Origin: an uncultured Mycoplasmatota bacterium
GTDB taxonomy: Bacteria > Bacillota_I > Bacilli_A > RF39 > UBA660
DNA length: 64,000 bases
Reading direction: 5' to 3'
Assembly: GCA_900545005.1 (NCBI GenBank)
Contig: UQXO01000002.1
Location: 1,901-65,900, forward strand
Shown here in pieces: positions 7,878-17,628 of the stretch (its first letter is position 1; each line of letters opens with the position of its first letter). Position numbers and translations under genes: made by a program. The notes beneath the pieces were generated by a model that was not told where the DNA came from, made no database searches, and worked only from the letters and a program-made list of their open reading frames with translations.

Positions 7878-9176
7878 CTATATAAAATTATCTATATATT
7901 CTACTAAATATAAAGGAATATTAATAATCTTCCCGTCTTTCTTTAAGTTATTAAGAGATAGTCTTATAGAAATTTCATTATTATTTTCTTTATTAAACCT
8001 AGTTAAACTATTGTTATTGGTACTATTCCCTGCTTTTACTTCAATAGGAATAACATTGTTCTTATACTGAATCACAAAATCTATTTCATTTCTATCAAAT
8101 GTATAATAATGTAAATCAGTATTAAATTTATTGCTTAGCATACTACATACGAAATTTTCTGTAAATGAGCCTTTAAACTCTTCAAATAAACGATCACCTT
8201 CAATTATGATATTACTATCTAAATCAGTCATTCTTCTAAGCAAGCCAACATCTAAAAGATATATTTTAAACGCTGATAAATCGTTATATGATGTCAATGG
8301 AAAAGCACATTTATTCAAGTTATAACATTTATAGACTAAATTAGCATCATTAAGCCAATTGAGAGCGCCTTCATATTCTCTTGCCCGAGCCCCTTCTTTA
8401 ATCGTCTGATAAACAAACTTCTTATTATCCTTGGCTAGTTGTGACGGAATGCCATCCCAGACGATAGCAACTTTAATTGCTTCATTGGCCGTTAAATGTT
8501 TAGAAAAATCATCTTTATAGGCTAATAAAATATTTTTTTGTAAATAATTTACTCTCTCAATATCTTTATCATTAACCCAACTATTAACGACTTCTGGCAT
8601 TCCACCGATAATATAATATTTCTTTAGTTGTTCAATTAATTGTTCTTCAAATATTTTAGGTATTTCCTTAATCTCCTTTAAAGATTTCATATATTCTACT
8701 AAATTTTCTTTACCGTCTGCTAACAAAAATTCACTAAAAGTCATCGGATATAAAGTTAAATAATCTATTTTACCAACAGGAAAAGAGGTATGAGACAATT
8801 TTATTCCCAATAAAGAACCCGCTGCTACTATATGATACTCTGGAGTTTCTTCCTCAAAATATTTTAAAGAATTTAAAGCATTTGGGCATTCTTGAACTTC
8901 ATCAAATATTATTAAAGTAGCTCCTGGTTTTATTTTCTTACCAACAACAAATGATAACTGTTCAATTATTCTCTTAGGATCTTTAGTATTTAAGAATAGT
9001 TCTCTTAAAGCTTCATCATGATCAAAGTTAAAATAAGCCATATCTTCATAATAATCTCTAGCAAATTCTTTTAGAAGATAAGTCTTTCCTACCTGTCTTG
9101 CTCCTCTTAAAATCAAAGGCTTACGATACTTACTATCTCTCCATTCTATCAATTTATTCATTAATAATCTTTTCAA
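7878..9176 (-). CDS. AAA ATPase (AAA_14-like) with DUF4143-type C-terminal PD-(D/E)xK-like region
   Basis: LILRGARQVGKTYLLKEF (Walker A), LIIFDEVQ (Walker B), C-terminal NEIDFVIQYKNNVIPIEVKAG. The stop lies 16 nt before the REC gene start. Confidence 0.8.
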   Translation of the reverse strand: MKRLLMNKLIEWRDSKYRKPLILRGARQVGKTYLLKEFARDYYEDMAYFNFDHDEALRELFLNTKDPKRIIEQLSFVVGKKIKPGATLIIFDEVQECPNALNSLKYFEEETPEYHIVAAGSLLGIKLSHTSFPVGKIDYLTLYPMTFSEFLLADGKENLVEYMKSLKEIKEIPKIFEEQLIEQLKKYYIIGGMPEVVNSWVNDKDIERVNYLQKNILLAYKDDFSKHLTANEAIKVAIVWDGIPSQLAKDNKKFVYQTIKEGARAREYEGALNWLNDANLVYKCYNLNKCAFPLTSYNDLSAFKIYLLDVGLLRRMTDLDSNIIIEGDRLFEEFKGSFTENFVCSMLSNKFNTDLHYYTFDRNEIDFVIQYKNNVIPIEVKAGNSTNNNSLTRFNKENNNEISIRLSLNNLKKDGKIINIPLYLVEYIDNFI

Positions 9177-9199
9177 AATTCATCACCTAAAATAATAAT

Positions 9200-9277
9200 A
9201 TCACACTTTTGCACGTATTTTAACCCTTTTCATCACACTTTTGCATACTTTTTTGACTAATTTATCACATTTTTGTA
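9200..9277. repeat. three direct repeats ATCACA(C/T)TTTTG(C/T)A spaced exactly 32 bp apart
   Basis: Copies at 9200-9213 and 9232-9245 are identical; the copy at 9264-9277 has 2 mismatches. They lie just upstream of the ATPase start at 9176. Confidence 0.75.
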
Positions 9278-9336
9278 AAAAATACTCAATTATACTTAAA
9301 AAACAACACCCATAGGTGATGCCTCTATCATAATTA

Positions 9337-10827
9337 TTATAATTTATAAACTTTAGGAAATTCTTCTGCTTCTTTTAAAAGATTCATCTTCATATTAATA
9401 CCTAGATTAATTCTAATAGCCCCTAGAATTCCATCATAGACAATACAACCTTTGAAAGGAATTAAACTAGTTTCTACTGGATAAGGTAAATCTTTATAAT
9501 CAATTATTTCATCAATTGGACACCTTAATCCTTTAACCATATAAATAGTATTATTATTACTAAACAAAGTATATTCTAAGTCATATTTATATATAAAGAA
9601 ATTACCTCTAATAGTTCTTTTAAAGTCTTTTAAATATTCTAATTCTACTTTACTAAATTTATAAGGATTTTCTTTAACTACTCTATCTACTATTGTCTCT
9701 TTATTTTCAAAGAACTTATTAATAACAGGATATAAGTCAGCAGGATTTAAATACTTACTCTTATATATTTTAAGAGTCTCATTAATCTTATATTCTTGAT
9801 TAGTATATTCTAAAAGAGCAAAATATAATTTATAAAATAAATCACAGTCTTTAGGATGTAAGCTAGCATTTACTTGCTTTTGGTAAGTGTAATCCCTTTC
9901 TTCTTCAAACTTATTATGTTTTAAGATATCTTTAGCATATTCTTCTTTAGTTAATAATTGATATTTACTAGAAGGCATTTTATCCATTACTTCATCTAAT
10001 TTAGCTGTACTAAGGCCAAAGCTATTAAGTAGTTCTTTAAGACTACTTCTATCATCATCAAATAAAACATAATGAGTAACAAATTCTTGTAAAATTGGTG
10101 ATTTTAATTTCTCCATAAAAGTATTAACCTCTTTATTTTTCTTATCATAGCCATAATAGAAAACGTTAATAAACATTTCATCATCAATAACTTTGATACC
10201 CATTTTCTTAGTTTCATATAACGAAATTAATTCATCAGTAAAATCCATATAAGAATGATATACTAACAAATAATCATAGGCTTTATGATAAGTAATAAAA
10301 GTATAATATTTAAATAATAGACTATCTAACAATAATTTATTATATTCTTCACTGGATATCTCATAAATACTACTAAAAATCATAACCATGTTATCATAAC
10401 GTTCAAGTCCTAATAGTCTCATAGCGCCAAGAAGTGGGATAATTAAGTCTTCTTCATGTTGTTTAGCTTTTAAATCTAACTTAGTTATTGCTTCTTTAAT
10501 ACTGTTTTCTAAACCATCCATAAGAGTTACTTCATCACTAGTTAATTTAATTAATAATTTAGATGATAAATTACTAAGGATAAAGTCTTGTAGTTCATTA
10601 ATATTTTGGATCTTTATTTTCTTTTTGGCTACTAGTTCCTTTAAAAATGTTAATTCTTTTAAGGTGCAAATACTAATGATATTATGATAATCTTCATACT
10701 CGCTTTCAATTACTTCAAGCATTTTATTTCTTGTTATCTTATCATAGTTCTTAATCCTAACGTTAAGGACTCGATAAATGTCATAAATATCTTCCTTCGT
10801 AAATTTTTTTAAATATTCTTTATTCAT
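9337..10827 (-). CDS. hypothetical protein (496 aa)
   Basis: Long complete ORF with no recognised motif. Confidence 0.6.
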   Translation of the reverse strand: MNKEYLKKFTKEDIYDIYRVLNVRIKNYDKITRNKMLEVIESEYEDYHNIISICTLKELTFLKELVAKKKIKIQNINELQDFILSNLSSKLLIKLTSDEVTLMDGLENSIKEAITKLDLKAKQHEEDLIIPLLGAMRLLGLERYDNMVMIFSSIYEISSEEYNKLLLDSLLFKYYTFITYHKAYDYLLVYHSYMDFTDELISLYETKKMGIKVIDDEMFINVFYYGYDKKNKEVNTFMEKLKSPILQEFVTHYVLFDDDRSSLKELLNSFGLSTAKLDEVMDKMPSSKYQLLTKEEYAKDILKHNKFEEERDYTYQKQVNASLHPKDCDLFYKLYFALLEYTNQEYKINETLKIYKSKYLNPADLYPVINKFFENKETIVDRVVKENPYKFSKVELEYLKDFKRTIRGNFFIYKYDLEYTLFSNNNTIYMVKGLRCPIDEIIDYKDLPYPVETSLIPFKGCIVYDGILGAIRINLGINMKMNLLKEAEEFPKVYKL

Positions 10828-11001
10828 AAGTTATCTTTATAATCAACGTTATAGAAATATTAATTTCTGTTGATTAATTACTCCTTTGTCCTTATTATAA
10901 AGAAAAAAATTAGTAACGTAAACTATTTTTATAACTAGGATAAATTTCTCTTAATAAGTTTTCAAATTCAATTTATCAAGATATTTAGAAGTATTAAAAA
11001 A

Positions 11002-11544
11002 CTAATCTTGTTTTAAGACTAGTCTTCTCTTTACTCTTGGTAGTTCTTGTTTGATAATTTCATCATAAGTCGTAGCTTTTTCTAAATAACAAGTTTCTCC
11101 ACTTAAAGAATAATTACCATCTTTAACATAGAAAGCAGGTATAATAGTATATTTATGATAGCCACTTTCTTCATAGTAGTTATAATCATCAAAATAGGGA
11201 TTTACTTGATAAGCTAGAGTAATACCTTTATAATTATAAAGTGCTATATATTCATTATAACCATTAAATCTCGTATATTTATAGTCTTTATCACCATCTA
11301 TATCAATGATAGGTTTAGTTCTTTGAAATTGATATCCTAATGGTATAGATTCTTTTAAATAATCTTCTAGACTAATAAAGTCTTTGGTTAATTCTTCTTC
11401 ATTAGAATAAATTCTTTTCGTATCAAGACAAGTTAGTTCTAAAGATGAACCACTTCTTAGATGCCAAAAGTCATTAGTATGCTCTAAGGATATAGATTTA
11501 TTTATAATATCAATATCTCTTTTTATATATAAGTTACTTTTCAT
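11002..11544 (-). CDS. hypothetical protein (about 180 aa)
   Basis: The ORF's internal ATG at 11544 (MKSNLY) is preceded by GGGGGA at 5-nt spacing. No recognised motif. Confidence 0.55.
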   Translation of the reverse strand: MKSNLYIKRDIDIINKSISLEHTNDFWHLRSGSSLELTCLDTKRIYSNEEELTKDFISLEDYLKESIPLGYQFQRTKPIIDIDGDKDYKYTRFNGYNEYIALYNYKGITLAYQVNPYFDDYNYYEESGYHKYTIIPAFYVKDGNYSLSGETCYLEKATTYDEIIKQELPRVKRRLVLKQD

Positions 11545-11596
11545 AAGTTCCCCCAGACACAATATTCACTATACTATAAAATTCTTCTTTTGACAA

Positions 11597-11620
11597 TGAA
11601 AAAAGAACTTAATAGTTCTT
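11597..11620 (-). terminator. rho-independent terminator overlapping the DUF805 gene stop
   Basis: Minus strand AGAACT atta AGTTCT followed by TTTTT. Confidence 0.6.
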
Positions 11621-11993
11621 AAAGTTTAGTACCATAGTTATTATTAACATCAACACTAGGACTACATTCTTGGACTAAGACAATAATCCACCCTACTATA
11701 GGAATTAGACTCATTAAAAGATACCAACCAGATTTATTAACATCATGCATTCTTCTAACACTTTGAGCAAGTCCTGGGATTAAAATTAAAATAAAATAAA
11801 TATAAGATATTAAATCCATTATATTTAGTTTACCAATAATGGGAAAATTTGTAAAAAGACCAGATAAGAATCCTAAGACGATACCAATCAAAAAATTAAT
11901 TAAGACACTCATCCAATAATCTTTTCTCGTAGTACGATCTTGAAAGTTAAAATAATTTTTCCACATCTTTATGTAAGAATCCATATAAAACAC
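11619..11993 (-). CDS. DUF805 family inner-membrane protein
   Basis: RTTRKDYWMSVLINFLIG, several TM helices, and the hallmark VRRMHDVNKSGWYLL. Confidence 0.8.
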   Translation of the reverse strand: MFYMDSYIKMWKNYFNFQDRTTRKDYWMSVLINFLIGIVLGFLSGLFTNFPIIGKLNIMDLISYIYFILILIPGLAQSVRRMHDVNKSGWYLLMSLIPIVGWIIVLVQECSPSVDVNNNYGTKL

Positions 11994-12052
11994 ACTACCT
12001 TTCTATATTAATTATATAATAAATAATCCTAATTAGAAAGATAAAAATAGTC

Positions 12053-12090
12053 AAAAAAAAAATAGTCCTAGCGTTCAGCTTTAAGACTAT
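12053..12090 (-). terminator. imperfect hairpin plus 10-nt T-run after the nucleotidyltransferase gene
   Basis: Minus strand ATAGTCTTAAAGC...GCTAGGACTAT followed by TTTTTTTTTT. Confidence 0.55.
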
Positions 12091-12104
12091 CTATTTAAAG
12101 ATAT

Positions 12105-12998
12105 TTAATTCCACAAGTTATTTGGATATTCTCCCGCTTTTACTAATTCTTTTAGGGAATCTCTAACTAACTTAGCATCTTCTTTATAAGTTACCCCATA
12201 CCAAACACTAGAAGTATTTAAGACTTTAACCGTAATATCTTTCTTGTTTAAATGTTTAGTAATAACATCTGGTATTAAGAATTCTCCCTCTAACAAGTTA
12301 TCTTCATGGTTCTTAAAGTATTCTAAGATATCTTGATCTAAAATATTAAAAATATCTTTGGTAAATAAGAACATATTCATTGATACTAAGGTATCAGTAG
12401 TAACGGTAAATGATGGGGCCCCATCTAGAGGACTAGCCGTAATAATACCATCAACACTTTCTACTTTAGACTCAACTAGGTTGGTTAGTAAACCATTTAG
12501 AGAGGTACAAACGCCTCTTTTAACAGAGCCATTACTAGTTAAGGTATTTTTTACTTGATACCCAACCATGCCAAAGTTATGACCATTTGCTCCATTTTTT
12601 AAGAACTCAGCGGCTTTTTGATAAGCATCAGCGCCATAAAAATCATCGGCATTGATAATGGCAAAATTTTCTTTGACAACATCACGACAGCAATAGATTG
12701 CATGGGCTGTTCCCCAAGGTTTAATGCGATTGCTACCTAGATATTTTGGAGGAATATTATCCATATCCTGGTAGACATATGAAACCTCAATTTTACCTTC
12801 TACTCTTTTGCCAATAGTTTCTTTAAAAACTTCAGCATTTTCTCTTTTAATAATAAAGATTACTTTTGAAAAACCAGCTTTAATAGCATCATAGATTGAA
12901 TAATCGATGATGAATTCACCATTTGGTCCCATTGGTTCAATTTGTTTTAAACCACCGAATCTTGAACCCATTCCGGCAGCCATAATTACTAATTCCAT
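12105..12998 (-). CDS. sugar-phosphate nucleotidyltransferase family protein
   Basis: N-terminal MAAGMGSRFGGLKQ (GxGxRxxxxK) and NADDFYG. The start lies 1 nt after the pcrA stop. Confidence 0.75.
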   Translation of the reverse strand: MELVIMAAGMGSRFGGLKQIEPMGPNGEFIIDYSIYDAIKAGFSKVIFIIKRENAEVFKETIGKRVEGKIEVSYVYQDMDNIPPKYLGSNRIKPWGTAHAIYCCRDVVKENFAIINADDFYGADAYQKAAEFLKNGANGHNFGMVGYQVKNTLTSNGSVKRGVCTSLNGLLTNLVESKVESVDGIITASPLDGAPSFTVTTDTLVSMNMFLFTKDIFNILDQDILEYFKNHEDNLLEGEFLIPDVITKHLNKKDITVKVLNTSSVWYGVTYKEDAKLVRDSLKELVKAGEYPNNLWN

Positions 12999-12999
12999 A

Positions 13000-15108
13000 T
13001 TAATTTACCTTTCTAATCCCCTTAAAACTCTTTCTAACCTTTTTTACTCCGAATCTGGCACTAAAAGCAATAGTATAATAAGTATCATCGAGAGCAACAA
13101 TAATTCCTCGTCCGAAGAGGCTATGCATTAGATGATCTCCTACTTTTAAAGGCACAGTATCTGATGTATTATAAAATACACTCTTATCGTGATGCATACC
13201 ATTATGAATTTCAGAAGCATAAGTCGGTATCTTTTTTTCAATGTCTAAAAGATTCTTATCAATCTCTCCAATAAATCTGGAAGGAGGATTAACTTGCTCA
13301 CGACCATATAAAATTCTTCTTTTGGCATTTGTTAAGAACAAACGTTTACGGGCTCTGGTAATTCCCACATAACAAAGACGACGTTCCTCTTCAATTTCAG
13401 TCTCACTCCCAAATGCATTTTGATGAGGAAAAATTCCTTCTTCTAAACCACAGATAAAGACACAATCAAACTCTAAGCCTTTAGCACTATGAAGAGTCAT
13501 CAAAGTAACAGCATCTTTTTCTTCTTTATGTTCAGACATATCGGCTACTAAAGATATCTCTTCTAAAAAATCACTTAAGTTTACAGAACCAGTTCTCTCT
13601 TCAAAGGAAGCAGTCACTGACTTAAACTCTTCTAAGTTATCCAAACGAAGATCATTTTCTAAAGACTTTTCACTTTCTAAAGATGCCCGCATCCCACTTT
13701 TATCAATAACATAATCCACAAATTCTGTTAAAGACAATTCTTCCTGAGCCTTAATCATATCATTAATTAAGTCTTTAAATACTAATTCTTTACCTTTCGT
13801 AATAGATGCAAACATACTGGTATTATTTTCCCTAGCTATAGCACTTAAATTCTCAACAGCCTTCTCCCCAATTCCTCTTTTCGGTTCATTAATTACTCTT
13901 CTAAGGGCAATATCATCATCTTGATTACAAATAAGTTTCAAATAACTTAATAAATCTTTGATTTCTTTTCGTTGATAGAAGTAATAAGCACCGACAACAT
14001 TATAAGGAATATTTTCTTTTAAGAAGACTTCTTCTAATAAACGTGATTGACCATTAGTGCGATAAAGAATCCCAATATCTTTATAATCATACCCCTCATT
14101 ATAAAGCTTCTTAATCTTCTCAATAATAGTTAAAGCTTCATCTTTACCATTTTCACAAACTATATACTGAGTTTTAAGACCATCGCCAATCGTTCCTTTT
14201 AGATTAAGCTCTTTTCGCTCTTTATTATTTCTAATAACACAGTTAGCACATTCTAGGATGTTATTGGTACTACGATAATTATTTTCTAAAGTAACAACTA
14301 AACAGTTTTTATAGTCTTTTTCGAAGTTTAAAATATTTCGGAAATTAGCATTTCTAAAACCATAAATTGATTGATTAGCATCCCCAACAACAAATAGATT
14401 TTGGTATTTATGCGCTAATAGTTTATTAAATTGATACTGAACTTCATTAGTATCTTGATACTCATCAACTAAAATATACTTAAATTTCTCTTGATAATGC
14501 TCGAGAACTTCTTGATGTTCTTTGAAAAGCTTAACTGGTAAGACTAATAAGTCATCAAAATCAACAGAATTATTCTTATGAATTAACTCTTCATAAGTCT
14601 CATAAATATTTAAGACTTGTTGTTCCATAGCCGTATTAAAAAGATTAGTAATTTCTCTTGGACTTAAATTTTCATTTTTAATAAAACTAATTCTATTTCG
14701 AACATAAGAAGGAGCCAGCATCTTGGGATCAATCCCTTTATCCTTCATAATTCTTTTAATAAGACTTAAGACATCATCACTATCTAAGATAGTAAAAGTA
14801 GAAGTTAAGTTACAAAGAGAACAATTTTCTCTTATAATTCTTACTCCTAAGGAATGAAATGTTCCTACAAAAGCCTTATTATCAGGAACCAAAGACTCAA
14901 GACGTTCCTTCATTTCTTTAGCAGCTTTATTAGTAAATGTTATAGCTAAAATATTATAAGAAGGTATTCCTTGGTCAATTAGATAAGCAATTCTGGTGGT
15001 TAAGACTCTTGTTTTCCCCGAACCAGCCCCCGCTAAAACAAGACAAGGTCCTTCTAAATGAGTAACAGCTTTATATTGTTCTTCGTTCAAGTTTTTTAAA
15101 TAATCCAT
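13000..15108 (-). CDS. pcrA: ATP-dependent DNA helicase PcrA (UvrD family)
   Basis: LAGAGSGKTRVLTTRIAYL, ILVDEYQDTN, YRSTNNIL, TLHSAKGLEF, VGITRARKRL. Confidence 0.9.
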   Translation of the reverse strand: MDYLKNLNEEQYKAVTHLEGPCLVLAGAGSGKTRVLTTRIAYLIDQGIPSYNILAITFTNKAAKEMKERLESLVPDNKAFVGTFHSLGVRIIRENCSLCNLTSTFTILDSDDVLSLIKRIMKDKGIDPKMLAPSYVRNRISFIKNENLSPREITNLFNTAMEQQVLNIYETYEELIHKNNSVDFDDLLVLPVKLFKEHQEVLEHYQEKFKYILVDEYQDTNEVQYQFNKLLAHKYQNLFVVGDANQSIYGFRNANFRNILNFEKDYKNCLVVTLENNYRSTNNILECANCVIRNNKERKELNLKGTIGDGLKTQYIVCENGKDEALTIIEKIKKLYNEGYDYKDIGILYRTNGQSRLLEEVFLKENIPYNVVGAYYFYQRKEIKDLLSYLKLICNQDDDIALRRVINEPKRGIGEKAVENLSAIARENNTSMFASITKGKELVFKDLINDMIKAQEELSLTEFVDYVIDKSGMRASLESEKSLENDLRLDNLEEFKSVTASFEERTGSVNLSDFLEEISLVADMSEHKEEKDAVTLMTLHSAKGLEFDCVFICGLEEGIFPHQNAFGSETEIEEERRLCYVGITRARKRLFLTNAKRRILYGREQVNPPSRFIGEIDKNLLDIEKKIPTYASEIHNGMHHDKSVFYNTSDTVPLKVGDHLMHSLFGRGIIVALDDTYYTIAFSARFGVKKVRKSFKGIRKVN

Positions 15109-15176
15109 AGTATCACTCTTTTCATCAGGTAATTAAATTATACCAAAGGTTATAATTAAAGGAAAGAAAAAGCGAC

Positions 15177-15464
15177 TTAGAGATATTCTATAATCGCTAT
15201 ATTCTTTTGCAATTTATCTATCAAGTCTGTTTCTTCATATTTATTAAATATTTCCATAAAATTACTATTGTCCATTAAGAACATATCATAATATTCTTTA
15301 AAGATATTAAAGATATTAGTAACTCCTAAATCACTTAAGTATTTTAAATTAGCTTCTACTAATCTTTTATTAGTAAGTAAGGATTTTTTAATTATTCCAG
15401 GAATATCTTCTTCTAATTCTTTAATTTGTTTATTCGTAAAATTACAATTTTCTAAAAAATTCAT
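15177..15464 (-). CDS. hypothetical small protein (95 aa)
   Basis: Complete ORF 5 nt downstream of the 689-aa gene; no motif recognised. Confidence 0.5.
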   Translation of the reverse strand: MNFLENCNFTNKQIKELEEDIPGIIKKSLLTNKRLVEANLKYLSDLGVTNIFNIFKEYYDMFLMDNSNFMEIFNKYEETDLIDKLQKNIAIIEYL

Positions 15465-15469
15465 ATCTC

Positions 15470-17539
15470 TTAAAGCTCCTTTTCTACTTCTTTAAAGTCT
15501 TCTATTGTCTTATGAGAGTTATAGAATAAACCGGTTAAAATAGTCTTTTCGTCAATAGTATCTAAATGATTAACTAAGGTAATTAGGTTTCTTTTAGTAT
15601 TTTCTACTGAGAAGGCTAAGTTATTAATGATATAGGCTTTTTCTTTAAAAACAGTTAAGCTTTCTAATCTATTTAAGACTTTAGAATATTCATCAAACTT
15701 TTTAGCACCACTTAAGACTTCATCACTAGCCTTATTCTTTAAAGCCTCATATGCTTCTTTAGAGATTTCACTTTCTAATTCATCAGTTAATTTTTTACTA
15801 GGCTTAGGTAGTTCTACTTCTTTTTCGACTAATTCTTCTAGAACACTTTGACTAAAGATATAACTATTATAAGAGAAACTATTATTCTTTTCTTCCGTAT
15901 AAGGGATATTATATTCTTTACAGAAGTTAATTCTTGCGATAACTAAAGGAACATTTTGACTTAAGACTTTAACATTATAAGTTAAGAGATTAGTTTCTCT
16001 GGCTTCAATAATTAAATCGATATTATCTCTTAAAGTCTTAGGTTCTTGACATAGCACTTTAAAGACAATCTTTCCATTAGGATTCTTTAAACTAATTTTA
16101 TATTCTTCTAAGATTTTTAAATTTTCTTCTAGTTTTTCATTATCAACAAGACTTAAAGTAGTCCCAAATTTTTGAAGTTCCATTGCTGTAGGATTATAAC
16201 CTTTATTCTTTAGACTTTTTAAATTCTTAAGATAATTTTCAAGACCATTTTGGTAAGTTACAAGACTTACATCTTGAGGATTTATCTCTTCTTCTTTTAA
16301 AGTATCTAAAATTTCTTTAGGATTTAGATTACTTGTATCAAAGTGGTCTACTAAGTCAATATCTTGAGATTTTTTTTCTAAGGCAATTAATTTATCTTTA
16401 GAAAAATCAATCGCACTAGATGTTTCTTCTTTTTCAAAAGTTATTTCTTCTTTAGGTTCTTCTTCTTTTACTTCCAAAGCTGGTTCTTCTGAAGTTATAG
16501 AATTATTGGTAACCGCATCTAACTCATCTAAAGAAATAGGCTCAATAGCAGGTTCTTCTTCTTTGATTTCAGCTGGAGTATCTTGTTTATCTTCTTCAAA
16601 AAGGCTCTTTAATTCTTCAAAAGATATGGGGGTTTCATCTTCTAGGCGACTTTCAAAAGAAATAATATCATCATTTTCTTTTGGATTTTCCTTTTCTTCT
16701 TTAGTAGTATCTTCAGGAGTTACTGGTTTTCTAACTTCTTTAGCATCTTCTTCTTTTTCTTCTTTAATATTACTAGTAGGTTCTTCATTTAATAAAGATA
16801 CAATCTTATCTAAGTCAACAAAAGTATCATCATCCTTAGAGAAAATATCTTCATTATTTTCTTCTTTTAAAGGTTCTTCCTTAACAGGCTCTTCTACTTT
16901 AATAGTAGGTTTAACAAATTTATAATCCTTAAAGAAAGGAATTAACTCATCTTCAGGGAAAAGAATTAATTTAGCAGTCTTATAAGCATCTTTATCATTA
17001 AATTTAACCTTCTTTAAGATATTAATAACATCATCACGCGTAATTTCTACTTCCCCTTGACTTGAAGCCTCTAATAAATCAATTAATTTACTTTGGTTCT
17101 TTAAAGCTTCTTTTATAGAAATTTCTACTTCTTCAATAGTAGTATTCGCATCATTTAGAGTTTCTTCTTCTTTCTTGATAGCAGTTTCTAAGTCTGTAAT
17201 ATCATTTTCTCTAATAGTAATCTGTAAAGGTAATTGATTAGTTAATTTATCTAAATCTTCTTTAACATTAATTTTTAATTTCAAGACATTAGTAATCAAA
17301 CCTAAGTCAGTATCTTTAAGATGAGAAAAAGCCTCTACTAAAGTTTTATTTTGCGACTCTAGAGCATTGATATCATTCTTAATATGCGTAATTGTCTCAT
17401 TCTTAGCAGCGATATTCCTAGTCGCTTTAGCTACTATATCTTCATTTTTATTCTTCTTATTATGTAATTCTGTAAGAATACTTGATTCTGGTTCGATTAA
17501 ATTTTTTAGTTTTTCTAATATACTTTGGTTATTATTCAT
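15470..17539 (-). CDS. acidic coiled-coil / low-complexity protein (689 aa)
   Basis: N-terminal heptad-like region and a central E/K/P-rich tract (EEPVKEEPLKEE, KEEEPAIEP, VKEEEPKEE). AGGAGAG SD upstream. Confidence 0.6.
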   Translation of the reverse strand: MNNNQSILEKLKNLIEPESSILTELHNKKNKNEDIVAKATRNIAAKNETITHIKNDINALESQNKTLVEAFSHLKDTDLGLITNVLKLKINVKEDLDKLTNQLPLQITIRENDITDLETAIKKEEETLNDANTTIEEVEISIKEALKNQSKLIDLLEASSQGEVEITRDDVINILKKVKFNDKDAYKTAKLILFPEDELIPFFKDYKFVKPTIKVEEPVKEEPLKEENNEDIFSKDDDTFVDLDKIVSLLNEEPTSNIKEEKEEDAKEVRKPVTPEDTTKEEKENPKENDDIISFESRLEDETPISFEELKSLFEEDKQDTPAEIKEEEPAIEPISLDELDAVTNNSITSEEPALEVKEEEPKEEITFEKEETSSAIDFSKDKLIALEKKSQDIDLVDHFDTSNLNPKEILDTLKEEEINPQDVSLVTYQNGLENYLKNLKSLKNKGYNPTAMELQKFGTTLSLVDNEKLEENLKILEEYKISLKNPNGKIVFKVLCQEPKTLRDNIDLIIEARETNLLTYNVKVLSQNVPLVIARINFCKEYNIPYTEEKNNSFSYNSYIFSQSVLEELVEKEVELPKPSKKLTDELESEISKEAYEALKNKASDEVLSGAKKFDEYSKVLNRLESLTVFKEKAYIINNLAFSVENTKRNLITLVNHLDTIDEKTILTGLFYNSHKTIEDFKEVEKEL

Positions 17540-17568
17540 ATCACACTAACTCTCCTATTTTCATATTG

Positions 17569-17597
17569 ATTATATCAAAATCAATACTTAAAGTAAA
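17569..17597 (-). promoter_or_regulatory. candidate sigma-A promoter for the 689-aa gene
   Basis: Minus strand TTTACT - 17 nt - TATAAT, with TG at -15/-14. Confidence 0.4.
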
Positions 17598-17628
17598 TTA
17601 TTTTACTTTATTTTCGACCAAATATCCC

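Noticed and set aside
1-11600. Mobile element, prophage or integrative element call for the accessory island
   Set aside because: No integrase, transposase, recombinase, or phage structural or replication gene is visible in the window. Only the 18-bp direct repeat hints at insertion, so I report an island-like region, not a mobile element.
16506-16925. 139-aa Ser-rich plus-strand ORF
   Set aside because: It is the antisense reading of the GAA/GAG/AAA-rich acidic tract of the 689-aa gene, which gives TTC/CTC/TTT and hence S/F/L runs. This is a compositional artefact.
15177-17539. mTERF-like repeat assignment for the 95-aa and 689-aa proteins
   Set aside because: There are only vague leucine-rich helical resemblances (NLKYLSDLGV, ENLKILEEY) and no motif I can defend without a profile search.
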